A DNA stretch of 64,000 nt, taken from positions 1-64,000 of IMG/VR virus record IMGVR_UViG_3300025021_000154; one strand, 5' to 3'. Of this stretch, positions 1-8,396 are shown piece after piece. This DNA comes from a virus (lineage: Duplodnaviria > Caudoviricetes). The notes under the pieces are model-generated. The model made no database searches. It was not told the DNA's origin and worked only from the letters and a program-made list of their open reading frames with translations. Position 1 is the first letter of the stretch. Every line of letters starts with the position of its first letter. The translations under genes were made by a program, and so were the position numbers.

Positions 1-14
1 CGCCGCCTCCACCA
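1..14 (+). ncRNA. ssrA: 3' end of tmRNA (ssrA), or a duplicated att fragment of it
   Basis: CGCCGCCTCCACCA = end of T-stem + acceptor strand CGCCTCC (G3-U70 Ala identity) + ACCA. tRNA-Ala normally ends TAGCTCCACCA. Only 14 nt visible. Confidence 0.6.
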
Positions 15-26
15 TTAACAAAAGAC

Positions 27-75
27 AAACCCGTCTCTCTGGGGTCATTCTCCGGGGTGACGGGTTTTCTTTTTC
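27..75 (+). terminator. Probable intrinsic terminator after ssrA
   Basis: AAACCCGTC (27-35) / GACGGGTTT (59-67) inverted repeat followed by a T-rich tract. Confidence 0.5.
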
Positions 76-378
76 CCCTTGTTTCTAAAGGGTTTGCGCC
101 CGTTTCACATCTTTCCAAAGCACCTCTCCGCACCATCGATTCTCCCCATCTTCCAGCCATTCTTTCTCTGTTTGCCCCCAGATTCTCTGTTTTCTCCGGA
201 CCAAGTCCGAAGCTCGTCCTGAAAGCTACATCCTTGATTGATATGGGTTTTCGGAATATTGCCGTTTTGGGCGGTTGTCTTAGGTCTTCGTTCGATGCCC
301 CAACCGGACGTATTTTTCGAAATAGCCTTCCTCGGCGATGAAAAGAAGTGTGGTCAACTCCGGCTTCCTGTCTCAGCC

Positions 379-407
379 AAAAGAAAAGCCGACGCTGGTG
401 GTCGGCT
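379..407 (-). terminator. Intrinsic terminator of the leftward recombinase operon
   Basis: Minus strand AGCCGAC-caccagc-GTCGGCT followed by TTTCTTTT, about 25 nt past the stop of 433..855. Confidence 0.7.
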
Positions 408-432
408 GTGGGGGTTTGCTCCGGTCCGGTCG

Positions 433-855
433 TCAGTCGGTGACGAAGCCGAACTGGCGGCGTTGCTCGGCCCAGTCCTCGGGGAAGGTTTGGGTCAGCT
501 TGGCCAGCGAGAGTCCGTTGGGCTCCTCGCCGTTGACCAGGGCTTCGACGATATCCGGGGCCAGGGTCGTCAGCTTGAGGATGCGGGCCACATACGAGCC
601 GTCGACGTCGAGGGTACGGGCAAGCTCGCTGATGGACTTGATCTGGCCGGATTCGAGGATGTCGACCCAGGAAAAGGCCCTTGCCAGCGCCTGGAGGATG
701 GCGGACTGCACCGGCTCCTGCGCCCCGGCTATTTCTCCATCCAGCGCCTGGGGAGCAATAACCGTCTTGCGGCCGCGCATACGCCGGATGAGCATCGGGA
801 TATGGATCTGCAGGTTGCCGTTGTCAGCCACGGTAATGGTCGGTTTGATTTTCAT
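433..855 (-). CDS. Small HTH-like partner of serine recombinases
   Basis: ALARAFSW...LESG..SISELA...SYVARILKL..LAPDIVEA pattern typical of genes following DUF2924-linked recombinases; overlaps the recombinase stop. Confidence 0.7.
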   Translation of the reverse strand: MKIKPTITVADNGNLQIHIPMLIRRMRGRKTVIAPQALDGEIAGAQEPVQSAILQALARAFSWVDILESGQIKSISELARTLDVDGSYVARILKLTTLAPDIVEALVNGEEPNGLSLAKLTQTFPEDWAEQRRQFGFVTD

Positions 856-2438
856 CGGCTTGCCCTCCGCTCAGTGACTTCGCATGCCAGACCGGCCAGC
901 TCGGCGATGAGTGTCGTCAGTCCGTTGGTGCGCAGCTCCATGTCGATTCCGGTCTCGCGAATCTCGACTCTGTCTACCAGGAGGCGGATGAGCCGGTTCC
1001 GCTCTATCGGAAAAAGGTCCTCCCAGAAGCCCTCGACATTCTGGAATGCCTCCGAGACATCCAGCTCCGTGATGCTGTTCCCCTGGTAGGCTTTGCATCG
1101 CTCGCTCACATGCGTCAGTTGTTTCGAGAGCTCGACCGCCTGGCGGTTGACGGTCGTCAGCATCTCGGCCTTGCCCAGCTGGTCGTTACCGGGTTTCATC
1201 AGTTCGATGGCTTGTTCCCGAGCCTGTGACAGTTCCATTTCGAGTTGGGTTTTCTGCTTGAACAGCCGTTCCCGCTCTGCCTGCTCGATGTCACGGGCCG
1301 CGAAGTAGGTCTTGGCCACCAGCGTCGGCGTGCGAAACACCGCGCTCAACTGCTCGACCACGGCCTGCTCGATGTCCCCGGCGGGAATCCGTTTGAGCGG
1401 GCAGCGGCTCACAGTCCGTTTGCTGTCTTTCTCGCAGATGTAATAGGTGTAGTGGCGACCGTTTTTGCGGGTGTAGGTCGGCCCCATCGAGCATCCGCAG
1501 TGGCCGCAGCGGATGACGCCTTTCAGAGGGGCGACCATTTTGGTTCTGGCCATGGAAATCTTGACCGGTTTGTTGTCTGCCAGGCTGGCCTGCACCTTGT
1601 CCCAGGTCGCCCGGTCGATGATCCCATCCTGCTCACCGGGGTAACTGCGGTCCTTATGGGCGATCTCGCCGATATAGATCCGGTTGTTCAGCAGCCGGTA
1701 AATATGGGCGGTATTCCACTCGGAGCCTTCGCGCACCTTGCCTTTCTTGGTGGTCCAGGCCTTGGTGCGGTATCCCTGCTCGTTCAGTTCCTGCCCCAAC
1801 TTCTTGGCCGAGCCGATCTGGATGAACCGGCGGAAGATGTACTGCACCGTCTTGGCTTCATCCGGGTTGACCAGCAGTTTCTTGTTTTCTCGGTCGACGT
1901 CGTAACCGAGGATTGGCACACCGCCGCAGTATTTCCCCCGGCGCTTGGCGGCCGCCACCTTGTCCCGGATACGCTCTGCGATGACCTCCCGCTCGTACTG
2001 GGCAAAGGTGATCAGGATACCGAGAAACATCCGGCCGGTTGGATCGGTGGTGCTGAAGTGCTGGGTGACCGAGACAAAGCTGACACCCTTTTCGTTGAAC
2101 ACCTCAATCATCTTCATGAAGTCGAGCAGCGAGCGCGAAAGCCTGTCGATCTTATAGACCACGATTACGTCGATCTTCCCGGCGTCGATATCCGCCAGCA
2201 GACGGCGCAGCGCCGGGCGCTCCATGGTGCCGCCGGAAAATCCGCCATCGTCGTAGCGGTCCGGCAATGCTATCCAGCCCTGCATCCTCTGGCTTTCGAT
2301 GTAAGCCTCAGCCGACTCCCGTTGCGCATCCAACGAGTTGAATTCCTGTTCGAGTCCTTCTTCGTGGCTCTTGCGCGTATAGATGGCGCAGCGAAGAGTC
2401 TTGTTTCTGCCCGGCACGACATTGGCGTTATCGAGCAT
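852..2438 (-). CDS. Large serine recombinase (integrase)
   Basis: AIYTRKS catalytic motif, KIDRLSRS, recombinase domain, zinc ribbon CGHCG...YYIC..C, coiled coil. Confidence 0.95.
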   Translation of the reverse strand: MLDNANVVPGRNKTLRCAIYTRKSHEEGLEQEFNSLDAQRESAEAYIESQRMQGWIALPDRYDDGGFSGGTMERPALRRLLADIDAGKIDVIVVYKIDRLSRSLLDFMKMIEVFNEKGVSFVSVTQHFSTTDPTGRMFLGILITFAQYEREVIAERIRDKVAAAKRRGKYCGGVPILGYDVDRENKKLLVNPDEAKTVQYIFRRFIQIGSAKKLGQELNEQGYRTKAWTTKKGKVREGSEWNTAHIYRLLNNRIYIGEIAHKDRSYPGEQDGIIDRATWDKVQASLADNKPVKISMARTKMVAPLKGVIRCGHCGCSMGPTYTRKNGRHYTYYICEKDSKRTVSRCPLKRIPAGDIEQAVVEQLSAVFRTPTLVAKTYFAARDIEQAERERLFKQKTQLEMELSQAREQAIELMKPGNDQLGKAEMLTTVNRQAVELSKQLTHVSERCKAYQGNSITELDVSEAFQNVEGFWEDLFPIERNRLIRLLVDRVEIRETGIDMELRTNGLTTLIAELAGLACEVTERRASR

Positions 2439-2955
2439 TGGCTCCTCCTTCGGCTTTCTTGCCGTAAACCTTTTTCAACCCGAAAAAAACCTTCCCATTC
2501 CACCGCGTGCCGGTGATCTCTCTTGCCACCGCACTGAGCGACCGGAACGTGCGTCCGTCGAACTCATATCCCTCCGCTTGGACGGTCACCTCGTAGCGCT
2601 GGTCATTCCAAATCCTCACCAGCCTGGTCCCCGGGAGGATGGTCTCATTCGCTTTTCGCTCTTCGGGAATGCGTCGGTTGACGGTCGCCACCAGATCGCC
2701 CTTGGCCACCTGACCGAGGTGTGTCTTGGCCCGCTCGGAAAGCCCTCCGTAGAAAAGCTCCTGGATGCGATAGCCCAGCCGTTTGACCAGGAATTGCTTC
2801 TTGTATTGGGGCGGTTCGCCTCCGTAGAGGTCGAACCACTTTTCGCGAAGCTGATCCAGGCTCATGGATTGTAGCAGCGCCATCTGCCGCAAGACCGAGT
2901 TTCTGGTTCGGTCCTGGGTTTTGCCGCCCGGGGCGGCTGTCTGTAACTCATTCAT
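2428..2955 (-). CDS. DUF2924 domain protein
   Basis: LPGTRLVRIWND...FDGRTFRSLSAVAREITGTRWNG..FFGL signature; ATG 2955 is 6 nt from AAGGAG (track starts at TTG 2961). Confidence 0.9.
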   Translation of the reverse strand: MNELQTAAPGGKTQDRTRNSVLRQMALLQSMSLDQLREKWFDLYGGEPPQYKKQFLVKRLGYRIQELFYGGLSERAKTHLGQVAKGDLVATVNRRIPEERKANETILPGTRLVRIWNDQRYEVTVQAEGYEFDGRTFRSLSAVAREITGTRWNGKVFFGLKKVYGKKAEGGANAR

Positions 2956-2989
2956 TTTCAACTCCTTATTTTAGGTTCCGGACGAGTTG

Positions 2990-3232
2990 TCATGAATGAA
3001 CGCTCTGTTCGCGCAACGAATCAAGTCCTTCTCTGGTCGCGGTCGAAGAAACTTGGAAAATTTGTAACTCACTGCCGCCACATGACTTTTTCGCCTTTCT
3101 ACGAAGGACTGCCGTTGCCAGTATCGAAACAGCAGCCTGGAGCCTGGCATCGCTCGAAAGCCGTTCCGGATTTTCATCTTTGCCGTGGATTTCCGCCCCC
3201 GGCTCATCTCTCAGCTCCTGTACATCCAACAT
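2990..3232 (-). CDS. Small hypothetical protein of DUF2924/recombinase modules
   Basis: 80 aa; RLQAAVSILATAVLRR...LDSLREQSVH; first gene of the leftward operon. Confidence 0.6.
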   Translation of the reverse strand: MLDVQELRDEPGAEIHGKDENPERLSSDARLQAAVSILATAVLRRKAKKSCGGSELQIFQVSSTATREGLDSLREQSVHS

Positions 3233-3381
3233 CGAACACCTCCGGTTAGACCCGGGGGCTGGGCGTGGATGCCAGAAAACGTCGGCGGTCGGGATGCGCG
3301 TTTGATGGCACCCACAACCGCCTCAGCTCCGCTTCTGGTCGGCTATCTGGTTACGTCCGGCTCTATCCGGACTTGCGTTGG

Positions 3382-3413
3382 TTACTTACCGGAGATCTTT
3401 GCAAGGTGACGGA
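3382..3413 (-). promoter_or_regulatory. Phage-sigma promoter motif copy 1 (leftward)
   Basis: Minus strand TCCGTC-N14-TCCGGTAAGTAA. Confidence 0.7.
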
Positions 3414-3439
3414 ATCAGACGAAAAGTCCTGCTTTTTTA

Positions 3440-3468
3440 TTGACCTGATATTCATCAGGTCGTATATT
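3440..3468 (+). promoter_or_regulatory. Sigma70 promoter with palindromic operator
   Basis: TTGACC-N17-TATATT; perfect inverted repeat GACCTGAT-attc-ATCAGGTC at 3442-3461. Confidence 0.75.
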
Positions 3469-3523
3469 CTTGATCATAAACTGGGCTTAATCCGCTCAGT
3501 TGCTACGACACGGAGCAATCGTC

Positions 3524-3757
3524 ATGGGAAAGAAAAAGACCTCAGGAATAACGGACCCTCAAGCGAACACGCTCAGGGTCATTTGCGAAATCATCAATGA
3601 GAAGGGGTTGCCACCAACAGTGAAGGAGTTATCGGAAGCCCTGGGTATCAGCCATGCGAGCGCTCACGAGCAGATCGCTCAATTGGTCCAGAAAGGCTAT
3701 TTAAAGAAAGAGGCTCGAAAGGCCCGGAGCATCGTCGTTATCAGAAGGCCCGAATAA
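3524..3757 (+). CDS. LexA-type N-terminal winged-helix protein without peptidase domain
   Basis: ITDPQANTLRVI...GLPPTVKELSEALGISHASAHEQIAQLVQKGYL..EARKARSI; ATG 3524 preceded by GGAG. Confidence 0.8.
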   Translation: MGKKKTSGITDPQANTLRVICEIINEKGLPPTVKELSEALGISHASAHEQIAQLVQKGYLKKEARKARSIVVIRRPE

Positions 3758-3790
3758 CGATGCCGGGCAACGAAAAATAAGGAGAACGCC

Positions 3791-4582
3791 ATGGGGCACG
3801 TCAGACTTGGAACTCTTCCAAGATCGAGGGCATGGAAAGAGGTGGTAGGCCTGATCACGGCCGGTGCCGACGTGTCCCAAATCGCCAATGCCACTATCAG
3901 AGCAGCCGATAAGGCCTTTTCCTTTGTGCTCAACGATGAAGGTTACACCGAGGCCGTTTGGCTGATGACTCAGCTCGCCATTGCAGCGAAGAAGGATAAC
4001 TTCAGTGAACATCTGCAGTCCGTCGGTATCAACCTGCCTCAAGATACATCTCTCCCTGACGTTGCCGCCGCCGTCACGGAAGCGTTGGACCGAAAACTAG
4101 AGTCAAATGGTGGCCGTTCTTCCGACTTGGCTGAAATATCTCAGCGAGCATTGGTCGGAGCTTTGGTGGAGCACATCTCCCCCAAGCTGCCGTCTCTGTT
4201 TACGCCAGGGCCAGATGATGTCCGGGGCGCACTGGGGGCCCTCGGGAAGAAGCGGGAATTTGGAGAGCTGTCTCAGACATTTTTTTCAAAGCTTACCAAC
4301 GAGAGTATGAACTACTTCTTGTCAAAAACGCTGGCTACCCATCTGGGTGAGGGCCAGCGTTTTGCCACTATGAATGAAATGAATCAATTCGAGAAAGCCT
4401 TGGAGACGCACTGCAGAGAGGCATCCCTGATCGTGAAACAGTTTTCGGCAGACTGGTTTTCGAAGCACAGATACGAAGAAGGCGACGACATTTCCAGGGA
4501 GTCGTCTAACGGCTTCGCCTCCTACGCGCTGAAGAAAATGAAGGACGAATTGAAAGAAGGAGCGCGAGCCGATGCAAGATAA
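3791..4582 (+). CDS. QatB-like partner of the QueC-family enzyme
   Basis: 263 aa, mostly helical, begins MGHVRLG, overlaps the QueC-family gene start. Relation to QatB inferred only from position and the N-terminal Gly. Confidence 0.55.
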   Translation: MGHVRLGTLPRSRAWKEVVGLITAGADVSQIANATIRAADKAFSFVLNDEGYTEAVWLMTQLAIAAKKDNFSEHLQSVGINLPQDTSLPDVAAAVTEALDRKLESNGGRSSDLAEISQRALVGALVEHISPKLPSLFTPGPDDVRGALGALGKKREFGELSQTFFSKLTNESMNYFLSKTLATHLGEGQRFATMNEMNQFEKALETHCREASLIVKQFSADWFSKHRYEEGDDISRESSNGFASYALKKMKDELKEGARADAR

Positions 4583-6674
4583 GCGATACGTCATCTGTGG
4601 AAACGCTCCGGCGGATGGATTTGAGGAAAATCCTGACCGCGATCTGCGTCTGCGACTTTGGGGCAACGACGGTCCAGACAAGATTACCCTCCGAATCGAG
4701 GACATCCATAAAAAGATGTGCAAGGACGTGCCGGACGCCTTTCAGGACCTGCTAGAAATTGCCACCTACATTTACAGCGCCGATCAGGCCACCCGCCGAG
4801 GAGCCGATGACGTTGATTCTTTTGGTCATGGCTGGCGCAGGGATTTGCACTTCATCATCCCGGTGCGAAATCCAGGCTTTTGGAATGGAGCCGAAATCCA
4901 GCAGGCACTGCGATCCACACTGGGCTTCCTGTCAGACGACAACTACCACTTCGAATTCGTTAAATCGCAGGAGGCTCATTCATTCCAGAGCTACCTCGAT
5001 TTCAATGATGACGGAAGGCTCTTTGGTTACCCTGAGCAGGTTGTGATGTTCTCCGGAGGTTTGGATTCATTGGCGGGAGCCATCGACGAGGTTCTCAATG
5101 AGAAACACAAGGTCGTCCTGGTCACCCACAAGTCGACCCCGAAACTCAACAAGCGCCACCGCCGACTGGAAAAGATGATTGCCGACAAGGCCGGTGAAAA
5201 CGCCCCACTACACATCGGCGTCCGCGTCAACAAGAACAAGGAGCTGAACCACGATTATACCCAACGCAGTCGCTCCTTCCTCTATGCATCCATCGGGGCA
5301 ACTATCGCAAGCATGTTGAACTTGAAAAGCGTCCGTTTTTACGAAAACGGCGTCATCAGTCTGAATCTTCCGGTCTGCGCCCAGGTGGTTGGCGGGCGGG
5401 CCACGCGTACCACACATCCCAAGGTGATCCGAGGATTTCAGCAAATCATCAGCCTAGTTGCTGGCGAACCTTTCACGATTGAGACCCCCTACATCTGGAA
5501 AACCAAGGCCGATGTCATCGAGGTGATTACCAAGGCCGGATGCCAGGACATGATCGCGGTGTCGACCACCTGTACCCACACCTGGGAGATGACCAACCAC
5601 CATACGCATTGCGGAACATGTTCCCAGTGCATCGATAGGCGTTTTGCCATGCTTGCGGCCAAGGCCGATCAATTCGATCCAGTCGAAGCCTATAAGGCCG
5701 ATATCTTCACCCAAAGCAGAAGCAAGGATGAAGACAAGATCATGGCTGCCGCCTATCTGGAACGAGCCAATCAGGTTCGGGATCAGGATGACATCACCCA
5801 GTTCATTGCTCGCTACAGTGAGGTGAGCCGGGTTTTTCGCCATCTGAATGGAAATCCTGGTAGCGTGGCCCAAAGGGTATATGACCTTTATAAGCGCCAT
5901 GCCAAGGAGGTCTGCGAAGCGATGGACACCATGGTCGCCCGAAACATCACGGCCATTCGCCAACGGACACTGCCCGGAGACTGCCTGTTGAGAACGGTGT
6001 ACGAATCCGGTTCGGTGATCTCAGTCCCTGCTATTCCGGTTGAGGAGAAGCAGCCGGACAACTACTTCAGGAAGCGCGGCGGCGTGTGGGCTGCCCGCTT
6101 TAATGGCAACGCCGAAGTGCTCGTCACTGGTGTCGACAAAGGGGCCGAGTACATCAACTTTCTCTTGGGGAGACCCAACAAGGAAACTTCGGTCTATGAG
6201 ATCGTCTGCGGCTTTGCCATCGATAGCTGCAACACGTTTTTGAACTCCGACGAAACCGAAGATGGCTTCCAGGTTACCCAAGGAGTTCCGCTGGGCGATA
6301 CTGGTTTTGTTGCCGACCGCAAGGCCGTCGAGCAATACCGGGAGACTGCTCACGAACTCTTTCGAGAGATTGAAGACGCCCGGGCAGAAAACAACGATGC
6401 CGAGATTCAGCGGCTTGAAGAAGAAATGGCAAAGGTGACCACAGCGATCAACGAGGCTGTTGGCTTGGGTGGCAAACTCCGGAAATCCAACGACAAGCGA
6501 AAGAACGTCCGTGACGCCTTCCGGAACGCCGTAAACCGGGCCATCAAGTATCTGGAGAAGTACGACAAGCCGCTGGCTGCCCACCTGAAGGAATCCATTA
6601 AGTGTGGCAACGAACCGGTCTACCGGACCGAAGAGGAGATCGTTTGGGAGGTCCGCCCCATAGTCAACGAATGA
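4572..6674 (+). CDS. QatC-like QueC (7-cyano-7-deazaguanine synthase) family protein with extra C-terminal domain
   Basis: FSGGLDS PP-loop, RSRSFLY, ENGVISLNLP..TRTTHP, KTK, C..HCGTCSQC zinc site, N-terminal DLLEIA..YSADQ..WRR domain; about 210 extra residues at the C-terminus. Confidence 0.85.
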   Translation: MQDKRYVICGNAPADGFEENPDRDLRLRLWGNDGPDKITLRIEDIHKKMCKDVPDAFQDLLEIATYIYSADQATRRGADDVDSFGHGWRRDLHFIIPVRNPGFWNGAEIQQALRSTLGFLSDDNYHFEFVKSQEAHSFQSYLDFNDDGRLFGYPEQVVMFSGGLDSLAGAIDEVLNEKHKVVLVTHKSTPKLNKRHRRLEKMIADKAGENAPLHIGVRVNKNKELNHDYTQRSRSFLYASIGATIASMLNLKSVRFYENGVISLNLPVCAQVVGGRATRTTHPKVIRGFQQIISLVAGEPFTIETPYIWKTKADVIEVITKAGCQDMIAVSTTCTHTWEMTNHHTHCGTCSQCIDRRFAMLAAKADQFDPVEAYKADIFTQSRSKDEDKIMAAAYLERANQVRDQDDITQFIARYSEVSRVFRHLNGNPGSVAQRVYDLYKRHAKEVCEAMDTMVARNITAIRQRTLPGDCLLRTVYESGSVISVPAIPVEEKQPDNYFRKRGGVWAARFNGNAEVLVTGVDKGAEYINFLLGRPNKETSVYEIVCGFAIDSCNTFLNSDETEDGFQVTQGVPLGDTGFVADRKAVEQYRETAHELFREIEDARAENNDAEIQRLEEEMAKVTTAINEAVGLGGKLRKSNDKRKNVRDAFRNAVNRAIKYLEKYDKPLAAHLKESIKCGNEPVYRTEEEIVWEVRPIVNE

Positions 6675-6714
6675 CCCTGGGCCTTTCAGGAAGAAAAAAC
6701 TAAAAAAAATTTCC

Positions 6715-6752
6715 GCTACGCCAAATGTAGCTCTTGCGACGCCGGATGTAGC
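6715..6752. repeat. Two tandem 17-bp imperfect palindromes (candidate operators)
   Basis: GCTACGCCAAATGTAGC (6715-6731) and GCGACGCCGGATGTAGC (6736-6752). Confidence 0.6.
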
Positions 6753-6788
6753 GCCTTCCCCAATGAAGGCGCGATCCGGCGTTTTTTA
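6741..6788 (+). terminator. Intrinsic terminator/attenuator hairpin
   Basis: GCCGGAT..GCGCCTTC-cccaat-GAAGGCGC.ATCCGGC followed by a T run. Confidence 0.65.
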
Positions 6789-6847
6789 TTGGTCAACAGA
6801 GTGTTGGCCACCGGGCGTGCCAGAACTTCCGAACAAGGAGACTGGCA

Positions 6848-7174
6848 ATGGCACAAGTCAACAAAGCAACCCTCACCCCACCAAAGCGGCGACTCATCGA
6901 ATTGATGCAAGACATCAACTTCGGCCGCATCACCAACATTCCGGTTCACGACGGTGAACCGGAACTCACCCCTGACACGGTCATCGAGCGCGAAATCAAG
7001 CTGGGCGGACAGATCGGTCCCAGGCCTGAGCGCGACCAGGCTGACTTCACTCTCAAGCAAGAGGTCGTGATGCTGCTGGAGCAGCTCTCACAGATGGGCA
7101 GCGGAAAAGTCTGCGTAATCGAGATCAAGCATGGCCTGCCTTTCCTGATGCGCATCGAGGAACGGGCAGCCTGA
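6848..7174 (+). CDS. Hypothetical protein with an internal duplication (possibly DUF2292-like)
   Basis: LIELMQDINFGRITNIPVHDGEP vs LLEQLSQMGSGKVCVIEIKHGLP. Confidence 0.65.
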   Translation: MAQVNKATLTPPKRRLIELMQDINFGRITNIPVHDGEPELTPDTVIEREIKLGGQIGPRPERDQADFTLKQEVVMLLEQLSQMGSGKVCVIEIKHGLPFLMRIEERAA

Positions 7175-7226
7175 ACACGTAACGACCTTAACCCTTAGAC
7201 ACTGGACAACAAGCTGGACGCATGGC

Positions 7227-7364
7227 GGAGGCTGTTGTGGGTGTCGCCGAGCCGAATACGGCAATTGGCGGCGTACCTACGACCCCTTCGCCCACGCGAC
7301 AGCTTTGTCCTGTGATCTGGCCCGTGCCGACACCCACGCGGACCTCCTCCTCGCTCCGAGGAGG
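7227..7364 (+). ncRNA. Candidate structured 5' leader of the sigma gene
   Basis: 10-bp pairing 7237-7246/7328-7337, inner hairpins GCCG-aata-CGGC and GACA-gctt-TGTC, and an 8-bp hairpin occluding the SD. Confidence 0.45.
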
Positions 7365-7369
7365 CTCCG

Positions 7370-7954
7370 ATGGTTTCACACAATTCTTACGATGGCATCG
7401 ACAAGTATGCCGCCGATCTTATTCGGCACAAAGCACGTCAACTGGTCGGCAAGGCCGGATTTACCGAACACGACCGACCTGATCTCGAACAGGAACTGAT
7501 GATCGATCTGCTGCAACGGATGCGGCATTTCAACCCAGCCAAGGCCAAGAAGACCACCTTCATGGCGCGGATCGTCGAGCGTCACATCTCGACCATTCTT
7601 GAAGCCAGGTTCGCCCAATGCCGGGACTGGCGACTCTGCCAAACCTCACTCAACGAACCCCTGGACAACGGCGAAGGCGACACCACCGAGCGCATTGAGT
7701 TTCTTGATAGCGATGGCTCACTGGGAAGCCACCCAAGGATGACCAGGGAACGGGTCGCCAATGAAATCCGCATGGATCTCGACCGGGCGATTGCCTCATT
7801 GCCGGATGAGCTACGGGATCTGTGCGAACGCCTGCGCGACGACACCATGGCAGAAATCGCCCGGGAGATGGGCGTTCCCCGCACCACCCTCTACGACCGG
7901 CTGAGCAAACTCCGTGACGCGTTCCGCGAGGCCGGACTTGAGGACTACCTGTGA
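7370..7954 (+). CDS. Phage sigma70/ECF-like RNA polymerase sigma factor
   Basis: Region 2 (DLEQEL...FNPAKAKKTTFMARIV) and region 4 HTH (AIASLP...TMAEIAREMGVPRTTL). Confidence 0.85.
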   Translation: MVSHNSYDGIDKYAADLIRHKARQLVGKAGFTEHDRPDLEQELMIDLLQRMRHFNPAKAKKTTFMARIVERHISTILEARFAQCRDWRLCQTSLNEPLDNGEGDTTERIEFLDSDGSLGSHPRMTRERVANEIRMDLDRAIASLPDELRDLCERLRDDTMAEIAREMGVPRTTLYDRLSKLRDAFREAGLEDYL

Positions 7955-7956
7955 TC

Positions 7957-7988
7957 TCCGACGCATCAGCCCCGGCTCCGGTAAGTAA
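7957..7988 (+). promoter_or_regulatory. Phage-sigma promoter motif copy 2 (replication/recombination operon)
   Basis: TCCGAC-N14-TCCGGTAAGTAA directly after the sigma stop codon. Confidence 0.75.
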
Positions 7989-8057
7989 GCACCGTGCCGC
8001 ATGGTGCGGCCATCCGGGGCCTCGGAAACCAGAACCTGAATCAAGAGGAGATCAACC

Positions 8058-8396
8058 ATGACTCACGACACTTATAAATACCGTTTTGACGAATCGGTCC
8101 CGGCGCAAGAACTGGAAGACACCTTCATGCTGGCGATGCTTGCCGTCGAAAGTCTGCATGGACGTTCCCGGGTGCGTATGGAGAGCCGCTTCAACCTGGA
8201 TAAATCCAGTCGTACCTGCGTGATCGACGCATCATCCGACGTCGGTAGCGACCTGGCTCGCATCTTCACCGGCTTCGCCACCAAGGAATACGGTGAGCGT
8301 TCGGTAATGATCGAACGTTCCCAGCCCTCGGGCTGCGCCTGTGCCTCCAAACGTCACGCCGCGCCCGCTGCCGCTGCCACGGGGGTGGCGGTATGA
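8058..8396 (+). CDS. Hypothetical phage protein
   Basis: 112 aa, GAGGAG RBS, coupled to the next gene. Confidence 0.7.
   Translation: MTHDTYKYRFDESVPAQELEDTFMLAMLAVESLHGRSRVRMESRFNLDKSSRTCVIDASSDVGSDLARIFTGFATKEYGERSVMIERSQPSGCACASKRHAAPAAAATGVAV

Noticed and set aside
1-14. tRNA-Ala 3' end
   Set aside because: Acceptor strand CGCCTCC fits tmRNA better than the TAGCTCC of tRNA-Ala, though 14 nt cannot be decisive
4572-6674. Queuosine biosynthesis or dpd DNA modification
   Set aside because: No folE, queD, queE, TGT or DpdA in the window; motifs match the QatC-type clade
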